Shown in pieces: positions 18,702 to 28,335 of a DNA stretch of 64,000 nt. The notes beneath the pieces were generated by a model. That model made no database searches and had not been told where the DNA came from. It saw only the letters and a program-made list of their open reading frames with translations. The translations under genes were made by a program, and so were the position numbers. Within the stretch, counting starts at the first letter, position 1; every line of letters starts with the position of its first letter. The stretch is taken from the NCBI GenBank assembly GCA_963796105.1, contig CAWCKJ010000012.1, positions 64,001 through 128,000 of the forward strand, read 5' to 3'. Origin of the DNA: a candidate division FCPU426 bacterium. GTDB lineage: Bacteria; Oederibacteriota; Muellerivitia; Muellerivitales; Muellerivitaceae.

Positions 18702-19751
18702 TTATTCGCCGAATATGACTTCCTTGGATTGGAGATTTCCGCCGGAATTAACCGTCACGGTATAGGTTCCCGGACTGATGAGTTTTCCATTATCGGTTTT
18801 CCCGTCCCAGCTGATCAGATTATTCCCAGCTTTGAAATCGCCCTTGAACAAGAATCGAACCAGATTCCCGGAGGCGTTGTAAATCTTCACTTCGGCCGAT
18901 TGGACAGCATCCATGGGAAATGACAAAACTACGGGGAATCCCTCGTCGGCACTGATTTGAAGTACCGAACTGGTCGCCTTGGTCGGCACCGCGGAAGGAG
19001 TCTGGAACACCAGCAAGGACTGATTCGAATTCCCCGCTATCACAGACCCGGGAGAGGCGTGGTATGCCATTTGGATTTGGTTGTTGGTCGCAGTACCCTT
19101 GGAAGGAATCGCGATGGGCATTGGCTTCGCGGCTCCCAGGTGATCCGCTTTAGGCGATGAACTTGGAGCAGCAGCGGAACGGGCAGATTTCCCCATTTCC
19201 CGGTAACCGGATTTTTTTGTATTTGTTTTGCCTTTTGCTGTTAAATGGCCCCTTTTTCCTTTCAAAATAGAATGTTTCCCGGTCTTAACTTTCTTTTTAG
19301 TGGCGGTAGAAGGGACAACTTCTTTTTCGATCATTTTAGGGCCTGTCACGCCTTGATCTAATCCGGCAGCCGTGGAATTGGTTCCCGTTACGGCCGTACC
19401 AGCCATTGGTAGGCTTCCAGTGGACTGCTGGGTGGTATTGATTCGAAATCCGACATAAAGCAGGCCCACTACCGTGGCGATGAGCAAAATAGGCCTGAAA
19501 TTCCTGAAATAGGCAATCCAAGGGGAAGGCTTGTACTGTTCCCAAATTCCGTCGATTTTCGCGTCCAAACGCGTCGCGATGTCATCCACTCTCATGCCTG
19601 GGGCATTGCCCAGTCTTTCAGAAACGGCCTGGGTCACCTTCTCAGCGAAATTAGGGTCTTTCTTCATCAGTTCGTCGAACGCGGTCTGGGCCTCATCCGT
19701 GAATGAGCCGTCGAGATATATTTGCAGTAGATTTTCAGGTGTAAATTTCAT
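18702..19751 (-). CDS. Putative membrane anti-sigma factor with C-terminal FlgD-Ig-like domain
   Basis: ASD-like N-terminus (LLQIYLDGSFT), one TM, K/A/S-rich linker, IYNASGNLVR...WDGKTDNG...PGTY. ATGA overlap with the sigma gene. Confidence 0.78.
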   Translation of the reverse strand: MKFTPENLLQIYLDGSFTDEAQTAFDELMKKDPNFAEKVTQAVSERLGNAPGMRVDDIATRLDAKIDGIWEQYKPSPWIAYFRNFRPILLIATVVGLLYVGFRINTTQQSTGSLPMAGTAVTGTNSTAAGLDQGVTGPKMIEKEVVPSTATKKKVKTGKHSILKGKRGHLTAKGKTNTKKSGYREMGKSARSAAAPSSSPKADHLGAAKPMPIAIPSKGTATNNQIQMAYHASPGSVIAGNSNQSLLVFQTPSAVPTKATSSVLQISADEGFPVVLSFPMDAVQSAEVKIYNASGNLVRFLFKGDFKAGNNLISWDGKTDNGKLISPGTYTVTVNSGGNLQSKEVIFGE

Positions 19752-20307
19752 GATGCGAACTCCTCCCAGCCCTTCGGGAGCTTTGTCCTGACCCGGTCGA
19801 TGATCTTTTTCCGGGCCCGGTACAGTACCGAAGTAACGGTGCCGATGGGTATCCTGAGGCGGTTGGCGATGGCTTCGTAGGAAAATCCTTTGATATCCCG
19901 GAGGGTTATGATTTCTTTGTCACGACCATCCAGGTTCTCTATTTCCTGCCTCACCATTTGGACCGCTTCTTCCGAATATGCGGGCTTCTGATCTATAGAC
20001 GGCATACTCGAAAAAAAATCCAAAGAAAATGGAAGATTTTTTTCTTTTTTTCCAATAGATCCCTGCAAAGGTTGACCGCGATATGGTTCAGCCAGGTGCC
20101 CAAGGAGCACTCAAAACGGAAGGAACCGAGGTTTTTCAAGGCTTTTATGAAGGTTTCCTGGAGAACATCCTCCACATCGGCGTCCTCCCCCAGAAAATAC
20201 CAGCAGGCGCGAATAAGGGGTTTTTTATAGGAATGGTAAAGGGCATGAAAAGCCATCTGATCGCCCTTTAATATACGATTCACAATATCTCGTTCGTTCT
20301 GAGCCAA
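19748..20307 (-). pseudogene. ECF sigma factor split by a -1 frameshift
   Basis: Region 2 (DVEDVLQETFIKA...TWLNHIAVNLCRD) is in ORF 19993-20307. Region 4 (GFSYEAIA...IGTVTSVLYRARKK) is in ORF 19748-20110. The junction falls in A7-G-A7 at 20037-20051. Confidence 0.88.
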
Positions 20308-20456
20308 TGGAATTCCTCAAGATTTGATGAAAAAAGACGATTTTAATGAGGCCAAATTATACATGATTCGGGATTTCTTTAAACTTCCTAAAATAGACAA
20401 CAATAAGGTGTATTCCGTGATAATGGTCAAAAAGAGGCTCTATCCGGAAATATGGA

Positions 20457-21659
20457 TCAAAAGAAATAAGCGTTGATCGACAGGCCCGCGTCAAACCCGG
20501 AAAAATCCACCGTGGCCAAAGTGTCTCCGGCTGGAATCTTATCTGAGGGATCAAGCTTTAAGGCGCCGTTCGGCGACTTATAAAGCCCGGCGGTTCCTGA
20601 CCAAATGGAGGGATTATTACTGTTGGAAACAGTGGCGTTACCCGTTAGGCCCTTAAACGAGGCGTACCGGCCCCTGAGGGACAGTTCCAGGCCGAAACCG
20701 GGAGAAAGCATCCATTCGTAACCTATTGAGCCGCTGAGGCAAAAACTGCCTGCGGTCACATCCAGGGGCCCTTCGGTTAAGTCATATGGTGAGACGATGA
20801 TCAACTGCCCGAAATAATTGACAACCGCCAGGCCGTAACCAGCGGCTCCCTTGAGGAAGAATCGCCCGTCCTTTTGGTTCCAAAAATGGTAATAACCCAG
20901 TTCGGCCGTGAACAGGCTGGGCGAGGCGTCCTGGGCGAAATTGAAAGTCACTGGGTTACCGGAAATTGTCGTTACCGCGAGACCTTCCCCCGCGAAGGAA
21001 GTAAATTGGCCCCAGGCAAGATCCAGGGCCAAACCGTTGGAGGGATCCAATGGAATACCCGCCTCTAGGGTGAATAGATCCCCGCTGTTTCCAGCGTCAG
21101 CCTTTGCCACAGACTTGTAGGTCTTGTGCCAAGCCGGAACAGCTTGGTTGAAATCCCCCAAACTCCCATAGGCGTAACCGCCGTAGGCCTTTACCCAAAC
21201 TTGAGCCTTGGAAATGGGATGGGTGGAAACAACCTCGGTTTCAGCGCCACTCGCGCCGTTCACCGGCTTTTCAGGCTCAAACAGCGCTCCAGACAGCTTC
21301 TTGACGGAATCAGCCGGAGGCTTCGAGGCGATTTCTGGATTTTCAGTTTTCAATTCGTCCACGAATTTCCGAAGCGGGGCATTGGCCGGATGGAGTTCCA
21401 AACTTTTCTTGGCCGCCTCCATCGCTTGTGGGTCCTTTTGTAGGCCGTGGTAAGACTCTGCTAAGACATGGTAAACCTGCCAAAGGTCCGGTTGGAGTTC
21501 CAAGGCGTTTTGGCAGTATTGGACGGCCAGGTCATACTCGTTCTTCTCAAGGGCATTGACTGCGGCCTGGTAATATTGGCTGTAGGTCGCGGCTTCACCG
21601 CATGAAAATGTTAAAAGAATGGAGCAAAGGAACAAAAGAACTTGGTATTTTTTTATCAA
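20457..21659 (-). CDS. Secreted TPR plus outer-membrane beta-barrel protein
   Basis: Signal peptide, TPR-like helices, amphipathic strands, C-terminal GLSINAYFF (terminal Phe). Confidence 0.72.
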   Translation of the reverse strand: MIKKYQVLLFLCSILLTFSCGEAATYSQYYQAAVNALEKNEYDLAVQYCQNALELQPDLWQVYHVLAESYHGLQKDPQAMEAAKKSLELHPANAPLRKFVDELKTENPEIASKPPADSVKKLSGALFEPEKPVNGASGAETEVVSTHPISKAQVWVKAYGGYAYGSLGDFNQAVPAWHKTYKSVAKADAGNSGDLFTLEAGIPLDPSNGLALDLAWGQFTSFAGEGLAVTTISGNPVTFNFAQDASPSLFTAELGYYHFWNQKDGRFFLKGAAGYGLAVVNYFGQLIIVSPYDLTEGPLDVTAGSFCLSGSIGYEWMLSPGFGLELSLRGRYASFKGLTGNATVSNSNNPSIWSGTAGLYKSPNGALKLDPSDKIPAGDTLATVDFSGFDAGLSINAYFF

Positions 21660-21680
21660 AGCGTTCCTGCCCTAATAATA

Positions 21681-21714
21681 AAAGCCGGTTTTCAAGTAAA
21701 AGAAAACCGGCTTT
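21681..21714 (-). terminator. Intrinsic terminator after the SET gene
   Basis: AAAGCCGGTTTTC-N8-GAAAACCGGCTTT perfect inverted repeat. Confidence 0.7.
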
Positions 21715-21733
21715 CGTTTTTATGTTAAGAAAG

Positions 21734-22219
21734 TTAGTTAACAACCGCCTCGGATTTAACCCGGTACTTCGGCCCGACCTGCACAAGGCCCTTGCAGCTG
21801 GGAGCCCCGCATTGGCACTTGAATTCGTAAGACCAATTCCCCACGTCGTCGGTTTCGGTGTAATTCCAACTGATTTCCTCGCCAGTGGGAATATCCCGGC
21901 AGGCCACCAGAACAATCCCGCTCACGACTTTGGCGCTGGGTTCACAGGAATGATTGACGAAACAAAGAGGGTCGCAACCATTCTCGTAATCGTGGAGCAT
22001 GATGAAACCGGGGTAGATATACATGGCATGGTCGATGTTGAGCTTGTCCTCGGGCACGACGCGGGTGAGGGTGCTGATCTCATCCTCGGGAACCACGATT
22101 CCCCCAAAAACGCCAATAACGTCCCCTTCCTTGATATCCCTGACCGCGTAAACTCCTTTTCCTTCCATTCCGCTTTGCCTGACTTCCACCGCTTCGCTGA
22201 CCCAAGGCTTTATTTTCAT
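21734..22219 (-). CDS. SET-domain protein-lysine methyltransferase with post-SET
   Basis: GKGVYAVRDI, NHSCEP, GEEISWNY, CxCxxxxC. Confidence 0.92.
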   Translation of the reverse strand: MKIKPWVSEAVEVRQSGMEGKGVYAVRDIKEGDVIGVFGGIVVPEDEISTLTRVVPEDKLNIDHAMYIYPGFIMLHDYENGCDPLCFVNHSCEPSAKVVSGIVLVACRDIPTGEEISWNYTETDDVGNWSYEFKCQCGAPSCKGLVQVGPKYRVKSEAVVN

Positions 22220-22428
22220 TTGTGCTTGTATAACCGTCCTTGTTAACAGATTGATGGTTTCCCCGCCCTGTAGAGGGCTGGGCCCTTCTTGATGGGGGTA
22301 ATTTTATCGCAAACCCCCCGGGGGTTCATCGGTTCTTTGGGATTTTTTTAGGGGGTTTTTAAAGGGCTTTTGCCTAAGGAGGGGTGGCCACCATGGGTAG
22401 GCATATCACAGGGTGTCGGCCATGGCCC

Positions 22429-23127
22429 TCAGGCCAAGTATGAGTGACTTGGATCTTTTATTCCCGCTTCCCTGAAACCCTTCTCTCTCAATAGGCAGGA
22501 ATCGCATTTGCCGCAAGGTTGACTGTTTCTTTGGGGGTCATAACAGGAATGTGTGAGGCTGTAATCCACCTTCAACTTCAGGCCGGTCTTGATGATCTGG
22601 GCCTTGGTCATACGGATCAAGGGAGTATGGATCTTGAGTTTACCCTTCCCTTCCACGCCTTTCTTGGTGGCAAGCTTGGCGAGTTTCTCAAAAGCATGAA
22701 TGAACTCCGGACGGCAGTCGGGGTAACCGCTGTAATCCAGGGCGTTCACCCCGATGAAGAGATGCTCCGCGTCCAAAACCTCAGCCCAAGCCATAGCCAA
22801 TGATAAAAACACCGTGTTGCGAGCCGGAACATAAGTAGAAGGAATACCCTTTCCCATAGCCAGAAGGCTCCGATGCTTCGGAACTTTTATTTTTTTATCC
22901 GTAAGCGCGGAACCGCCGATGGTTGTCAGGGGCACATTTAATATTAAATGTTTCTTAACCCCATAGGCTTTGGCCACCTTTTTCGCCGCATTCAATTCCG
23001 CCTCATGCCTTTGGCCGTAAAAAAAAGAAAGAGCGTAGAGTTTAAATCCTTGTTTTTTCGCGAGAGCCAGGCAGGTGGTGGAGTCCAGCCCTCCTGAAAC
23101 CAAAATGACGGCTTTCATATTATTCAT
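22429..23127 (-). CDS. queC: 7-cyano-7-deazaguanine synthase
   Basis: SGGLDS, YGQRH, TYVPARN, GYPDCR, SCY...CGKCDSC. Confidence 0.97.
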   Translation of the reverse strand: MNNMKAVILVSGGLDSTTCLALAKKQGFKLYALSFFYGQRHEAELNAAKKVAKAYGVKKHLILNVPLTTIGGSALTDKKIKVPKHRSLLAMGKGIPSTYVPARNTVFLSLAMAWAEVLDAEHLFIGVNALDYSGYPDCRPEFIHAFEKLAKLATKKGVEGKGKLKIHTPLIRMTKAQIIKTGLKLKVDYSLTHSCYDPQRNSQPCGKCDSCLLREKGFREAGIKDPSHSYLA

Positions 23128-23142
23128 CTATCCCTCTTTGGT

Positions 23143-23799
23143 TCATCTTCCTTTGGTTTCATCCGGCCAAACGTACTTATGCATTTGCAATTGGAACCTC
23201 ACGGGCAGGCGGTCCACCGTGATCCACTCAGCCAAATCGGATGGTTTAAGTGTCTTATATACCGCTGAAAAAAGAATATCGAATTTTCCCGGCAATCCCC
23301 TTCCGAGAACTATCCCCTTGGACCAATCGTAGTCAACCCTATCCCGAATAACGAATTTAATCTCATCCTGTCCCGGAATTAGTTTACCCAGGTTTTCCCA
23401 CAAGTTCCGTGATTCCATGCCGGAACCAGGGCACTTGAGATCCATGATCTTGACGACTTGGCGGGGGACCCTTCCCAGATCCGCCCCCCCGCTGGTTTCA
23501 AGAAGCACTTGGAAGCCCTTTCGGATCAGGGTTTCCATCAGGGGATAAACACCCTCTTGCTCCAGGGGTTCCCCTCCCGTGATTTCCACCAGCTTGATCA
23601 CATAGGAATCCACTTGGGACAAAATGTCTTCAAGATTCTTTTCCTGCCCCTCGTAAAAGGCGTAAGCCGTGTCGCACCAAACGCACCTTAAGGAGCATCC
23701 TGTCAGCCTCACGAAGACGCAGGGAAGCCCCGCCCAGGTGGACTCGCCCTGGAGGCTGAGGTAGATTTCATTGATTTTAAGTGTAGCGGACAGTCCCAT
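23143..23799 (-). CDS. queE: 7-carboxy-7-deazaguanine synthase (radical SAM)
   Basis: SLQGE, CxxxCxxCDT, ITGGEPL, QMHK; adjacent to queC. Confidence 0.93.
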   Translation of the reverse strand: MGLSATLKINEIYLSLQGESTWAGLPCVFVRLTGCSLRCVWCDTAYAFYEGQEKNLEDILSQVDSYVIKLVEITGGEPLEQEGVYPLMETLIRKGFQVLLETSGGADLGRVPRQVVKIMDLKCPGSGMESRNLWENLGKLIPGQDEIKFVIRDRVDYDWSKGIVLGRGLPGKFDILFSAVYKTLKPSDLAEWITVDRLPVRFQLQMHKYVWPDETKGR

Positions 23800-23993
23800 A
23801 TCGATAGCATCTTCTTTAATCGTAATAGCGGCAGATTAACCCAGCTATACAGGAATATTCAAATACTAAAGGAGGGTTTTACTCGAGTTTTCAAGGAAGA
23901 TCAAAAGAATCAAAACACAATCTTTTCATTCGGCATATGTCAAAATGAAGGGCTAATAGAATTTAGAAAAGTCAGCTTTTGAGCAATCTATGA

Positions 23994-25460
23994 TCAGTAA
24001 CAATACCCGGCGTAGATGACGCCCTGGCTGGTGCTAGAAGTCGGCGGGGGAGTTGGAACAGGCGTCATTAACAGATTCAGGTAAGGATTTGGCATGACGG
24101 CTCCCCCTCCTTCCCAAGATACAAGCGCAGTGGATCCACTCGCGGCTTGTAAAAATATCGTGGGATTAATGGTTACGGCGCAAGCCAGCCAATAAGTCCC
24201 CGCCGGAAGGTTGACGCTCGGAATCACGGGAATATCGTTGATTCCAACAACCAGGCTTTGAGGCTGGGACTCCCAAATCAGGTTCATTGGATAACCGCTG
24301 GAATAATTGGAATAGATTCCCAGGTAACCTGCGTCGGGGCTGGCCATATCCACTGAAATCATGGAGACCGAAGCGCTTTGGGCGATGGTGTATTGTTGGG
24401 CCACCGTTGAAGCGGTGAAGGATACTGAGCCGCTTCCTGTAATTGGATCCCCGAATACCGCGTTGGAGGTACAAGGCCCGACCGTAATGGTGGGCGTCAG
24501 AGTGAGAGTATTTGTTATGGTCATAGTCTGTGTCGGCGTCATTGAACTAGTGGGGGTATTAGGCAAGGTACCGGTTAATGTGGCAGTAAGGGTGGCAGTG
24601 ATCGTCGAAGTCTTCGTGGGAGTGGCGGTAATCGTCAGGGTCATTGTTTGCGTCGGCGTATCTGATGAAGTGCTGGTAGTTGTCGCTGTCAGTGTTGCCG
24701 TCCGAGTATTGGTGGAAGTTTTGGTAGCGGTCATGGATGTCGAAGAAGTTGGGGTGGGTGTGGGGGTGATCGTTGGTGTCAAAGTCACCGTGGGGGTCGG
24801 GGTGCTGGAAGGCGTATCGGTTGAGGTGTTGGTCCAAGTGGCTGTGAAGGTGTCAGTAGGTGTGAAGGATAAAGTCGGGGTCGACGTATCCTGGGGAGTA
24901 TAAGTCGGCGTTACAGTCGGGGTGTAGGTGGGGGTATTGGTTGGCGTGGTGGTCATGGTGGAGGAAAAAGTGTCCGTGAAAGTTGGAGTCACAGTTTGAG
25001 TCGCGGTAGCAGTTTCGGTGAATGTTAATGAACTCGTCGGTGTCAATGTATTAGTTAGCGCCATTGTGTATGTAGGCGTAGAAGTTACCGTTGGGGTCTC
25101 AGACCACGTTGGAGTCGGAGGCGGAGGAGTAGGGGTATCCGTGGGAAATAGGGTCACTGGCTGGGTGGGTGTCAAGGTTATGGTATAAGTTGGTGAAAGG
25201 GTTGGACTGAATGATGGGGTATCCGTGGAAATTAAGGTTATTGGCTGTGTTGGGGTTAGCGTTGGGGTAAAAGTCGGGGTGTTTGATGGTGTCGAGGAGA
25301 ATGTAGGACTCCCTGTGGGCGAAAGGGTCCCCGTTAAGGTGAATGTTGGTACAAGAGTCGGTACTGGATTGGGGGCTAATGGCAAAGGCGCCCGCTGGCA
25401 TCCCCAAAAACCCAGAATGGCCCAGGCATAACAAGTAATGAATCTATACAAAAACCTCAC
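23994..25460 (-). CDS. Thr/Pro-rich mucin-like putative lipoprotein with C-terminal beta-rich domain
   Basis: GTG start after GGAGGG, lipobox-like FWGC, about 300 aa of TPT/TxT low complexity, then about 160 aa globular region. Confidence 0.75.
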   Translation of the reverse strand: MRFLYRFITCYAWAILGFWGCQRAPLPLAPNPVPTLVPTFTLTGTLSPTGSPTFSSTPSNTPTFTPTLTPTQPITLISTDTPSFSPTLSPTYTITLTPTQPVTLFPTDTPTPPPPTPTWSETPTVTSTPTYTMALTNTLTPTSSLTFTETATATQTVTPTFTDTFSSTMTTTPTNTPTYTPTVTPTYTPQDTSTPTLSFTPTDTFTATWTNTSTDTPSSTPTPTVTLTPTITPTPTPTSSTSMTATKTSTNTRTATLTATTTSTSSDTPTQTMTLTITATPTKTSTITATLTATLTGTLPNTPTSSMTPTQTMTITNTLTLTPTITVGPCTSNAVFGDPITGSGSVSFTASTVAQQYTIAQSASVSMISVDMASPDAGYLGIYSNYSSGYPMNLIWESQPQSLVVGINDIPVIPSVNLPAGTYWLACAVTINPTIFLQAASGSTALVSWEGGGAVMPNPYLNLLMTPVPTPPPTSSTSQGVIYAGYCY

Positions 25461-25596
25461 AAAACCCTCCCAGAGATAATTCAAACATGTTCATCAATAT
25501 AGTGGTGAACAAGTGATGTTTATTCCTATTAATCATGTCTTTTTTTAAAGGATTTTCTAGTTTAACATAACAATAGGGACCCTGGTCCCGATCGGC

Positions 25597-26410
25597 GAAA
25601 ACCCGCCATCCGGCCAACGAAAACCCGCCATCCGGCCAACGAAAACCCGCCATCCGGCCAACGAAAACCCGCCATCCGGCCAACGAAAACCCGCCATCCG
25701 GCCAACGAAAACCCGCCATCCGGCCAACGAAAACCCGCCATCCGGCCAACGAAAACCCGCCATCCGGCCAACGAAAACCCGCCATCCGGCCAACGAAAAC
25801 CCGCCATCCGGCCAACGAAAACCCGCCATCCGGCCAACGAAAACCCGCCATCCGGCCAACGAAAACCCGCCATCCGGCCAACGAAAACCCGCCATCCGGC
25901 CAACGGAAATCCGCCATCCGGCCAACGGAAATCCGCCATCCGGCCAACGGAAATCCGCCATCCGGCCAACGGAAATCCGCCATCCGGCCAACGGAAATCC
26001 GCCATCCGGCCAACGGAAATCCGCCATCCGGCCAACGGAAATCCGCCATCCGGCCAACGGAAATCCGCCATCCGGCCAACGGAAATCCGCCATCCGGCCA
26101 ACGGAAATCCGCCATCCGGCCAACGGAAATCCGCCATCCGGCCAACGGAAATCCGCCATCCGGCCAACGGAAATCCGCCATCCGGCCAACGGAAATCCGC
26201 CATCCGGCCAACGGAAATCCGCCATCCGGCCAACGGAAATCCGCCATCCGGCCAACGGAAATCCGCCATCCGGCCAACGGAAATCCGCCATCCGGCCAAC
26301 GGAAATCCGCCATCCGGCCAACGGAAATCCGCCATCCGGCCAACGGAAATCCGCCATCCGGCCAACGGAAATCCGCCATCCGGCCAACGGAAATCCGCCA
26401 TCCGGCCAAC
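25597..26410. repeat. 22-bp tandem array, 37 copies in two homogeneous blocks
   Basis: 14 x GAAAACCCGCCATCCGGCCAAC (25597-25904) then 23 x GGAAATCCGCCATCCGGCCAAC (25905-26410); no spacers. Confidence 0.98.
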
Positions 26411-26565
26411 GGAAAACTTTATAAACATATGGTTTCCCCAAACCTTTGCCGTTCCCAACACCCCTCCTGAAGATATAAAATGCACCGCATTAAGTAGCTT
26501 AGTGTTTTATAAAAAGACTCTGAAAGTATTGAATACCATTCCGGCCGGCAAAAGGCCTATCAGCC

Positions 26566-26952
26566 ATGAAAATTTTTCGATTCCCATTTCGTTTGAATAA
26601 GTGGTTCCTGCGCTTGAGCGCCGTACTTTTCTTGACCTGTTTCGCCTCCCCTTCAATTCCCTACCAGGCTCCCCAGCCAGGCTCTTGTTATGTTTATCCA
26701 TCCCCCGCGATCACCCTCTGGGCCTGGGTGGTTTACAACATGACCCAGGATGGTTCAGTGGAGGTTCGAATCTATAACGAGGGAGGAGACCTGGTCCTGG
26801 AAACAGGTGAATCGAAAATAACGGGTGTCCAAGAGACACCCATGAACTTGTTTTACCTTCGCAACGGGGTCTATCTCTGCCGGGTAATCATCACCCCCAT
26901 CGGGGGTGCCACCCAGACCCTTAAAACTTTCAAGTTTACGGTGGCTCGATGA
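26566..26952 (+). CDS. Signal peptide plus stand-alone T9SS type-A-like CTD protein
   Basis: YVYPSP, IYNEGGDLV, LRNGVY, terminal KFTVAR; no passenger domain. ATGA overlap with the next gene. Confidence 0.75.
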   Translation: MKIFRFPFRLNKWFLRLSAVLFLTCFASPSIPYQAPQPGSCYVYPSPAITLWAWVVYNMTQDGSVEVRIYNEGGDLVLETGESKITGVQETPMNLFYLRNGVYLCRVIITPIGGATQTLKTFKFTVAR

Positions 26953-28322
26953 GAATGTGGTTTTCCCGCAATATTCCCCGGATTTTAATCCTTCTCATTC
27001 TAAGTTTGCCGGCCTTCGCCTTGGGAGACCAGACAGCTTATACCACCGCTTTTATTCCCTATCCCTTGGAGGATCTAGGCCATTCCCCCAGGGCTGAAGC
27101 CCTGGGTTCCGCTTTCGCGGCGGTGGAAGGAGATGCCACCTGCTTGTTTGAAAACCCCGCGGGACTAGCAAACGTCTCGGAGCTTCAAATATCCGCCGTC
27201 CATCAATCCTGGATTTCTGATATCACCCAGGAAAGTCTAGTAGGCGCCTTCCGCACTTACAACTTAGGTATCGTTGCTCTTGGTACCAACTATGTCAATT
27301 TTGGTACCCTGGATGGCTACGACGTCAATGGAAATTCCACATCTTCCTACAGGCCATTCCGGGCATCCTTCTCCTTGGGTTGGGGATCTTATATTTACCC
27401 CAGCTTTTCCTTGGGGTTCTCGCTCCGGGGGCTGGAACAATCCCTTGCCGCGAACCTGAACACCATCGCCACCTCCTTCAACGGCGGTTTCATTTGGACT
27501 ATTACTCCCCGATTGAAAGCTGGCGGTTATTCCTCATTCCTTTACAGCGATGCCGAAGGCGATTTGGGCCAGATGAAATGGGGCGCCTCTTACGCTCTTC
27601 CCTTGATCGGGGATAAACCCACCCTTCTTCTAGCTGATATCTCCATGCCTCCCCAGGGGGTTTATCAGATCCAATGCGGATTGGAGCAGACTTTCCTATC
27701 CATCCTGAGTGTCCGGATCGGAAATCAATGGGATTTCAAGAACAAGGAAATTGCAGGGCTCAGGGGTTTCGCTACCGGCCTTGGGCTCCGGTGGGCGGAC
27801 TTCGACTTAAGCGCCAGCTTCGCTCCGGATGGGGACTTGGGCTCTTCCTTGATGCTGGGATTGACTCTTCTTTTTCCGTCGGGACCTCTTCCACCCCCTC
27901 CGGCCCCCCCTCAGCCCCCATCCCAGCCGGAACCGGTCCTGGAACCGCCGATAGCTTTTAAGCCGCCCGCGGTCATTTCCCCCAACGACGAGGTGGTCTG
28001 GGTGAAATTGCACTTCAAACTGCCGGATTTGGGCCCCAATGGGCCATCCCCTGTCGCTACCCCTTCCATCGAGAGGGACAAAAATATCGATGTCGTGGCC
28101 AAAAAAGTCCAGTCCGATCCAAAGGATTTCCAATCCTGGGTGTCCCTGGGAAACCTTTACTGGCAGGCCGGAAAGCCTGATTTTACTGTCCAATGCTTTG
28201 AGGAAGCCCTCCGGCTCAAGCCTGATACCGCCCCCTTGAAGGCCTGGTTGGACCAATATCACATGCTTTTTCCTCCTAATTTCCGGGGTTGGGGAATAAA
28301 ACGGGCCTTTCCGACACTATAG
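26949..28322 (+). CDS. PorV/PorQ-like beta-barrel with Pro-rich linker and C-terminal TPR
   Basis: SPRAEALGSAFAAVEGDATCLFENPAGLA, GDLGSS, TPR WVSLGNLYWQAG...FEEALRLKP. Confidence 0.83.
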   Translation: MRMWFSRNIPRILILLILSLPAFALGDQTAYTTAFIPYPLEDLGHSPRAEALGSAFAAVEGDATCLFENPAGLANVSELQISAVHQSWISDITQESLVGAFRTYNLGIVALGTNYVNFGTLDGYDVNGNSTSSYRPFRASFSLGWGSYIYPSFSLGFSLRGLEQSLAANLNTIATSFNGGFIWTITPRLKAGGYSSFLYSDAEGDLGQMKWGASYALPLIGDKPTLLLADISMPPQGVYQIQCGLEQTFLSILSVRIGNQWDFKNKEIAGLRGFATGLGLRWADFDLSASFAPDGDLGSSLMLGLTLLFPSGPLPPPPAPPQPPSQPEPVLEPPIAFKPPAVISPNDEVVWVKLHFKLPDLGPNGPSPVATPSIERDKNIDVVAKKVQSDPKDFQSWVSLGNLYWQAGKPDFTVQCFEEALRLKPDTAPLKAWLDQYHMLFPPNFRGWGIKRAFPTL

Positions 28323-28335
28323 GCTAAGGAGAAAA

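Noticed and set aside
22220..22428. preQ1 or SAM riboswitch near queC and the SET gene
   Set aside because: Hairpins are present, but I could not match the conserved core of either class.
25597..26410. CRISPR array
   Set aside because: Units are contiguous with no unique spacers, and no cas genes are in the window.
25444..26485. Three long minus-strand ORFs (294-321 aa) across the array as real genes
   Set aside because: They follow automatically from a stop-free 22-bp unit. All frames give the same peptide, and none fuses in frame to the downstream lipoprotein.
28291..28322. Shared ECF autoregulatory promoter (GGAATA...) upstream of both sigma genes
   Set aside because: GGAATA occurs upstream of both, but the -10 elements and spacing do not agree well enough to call.
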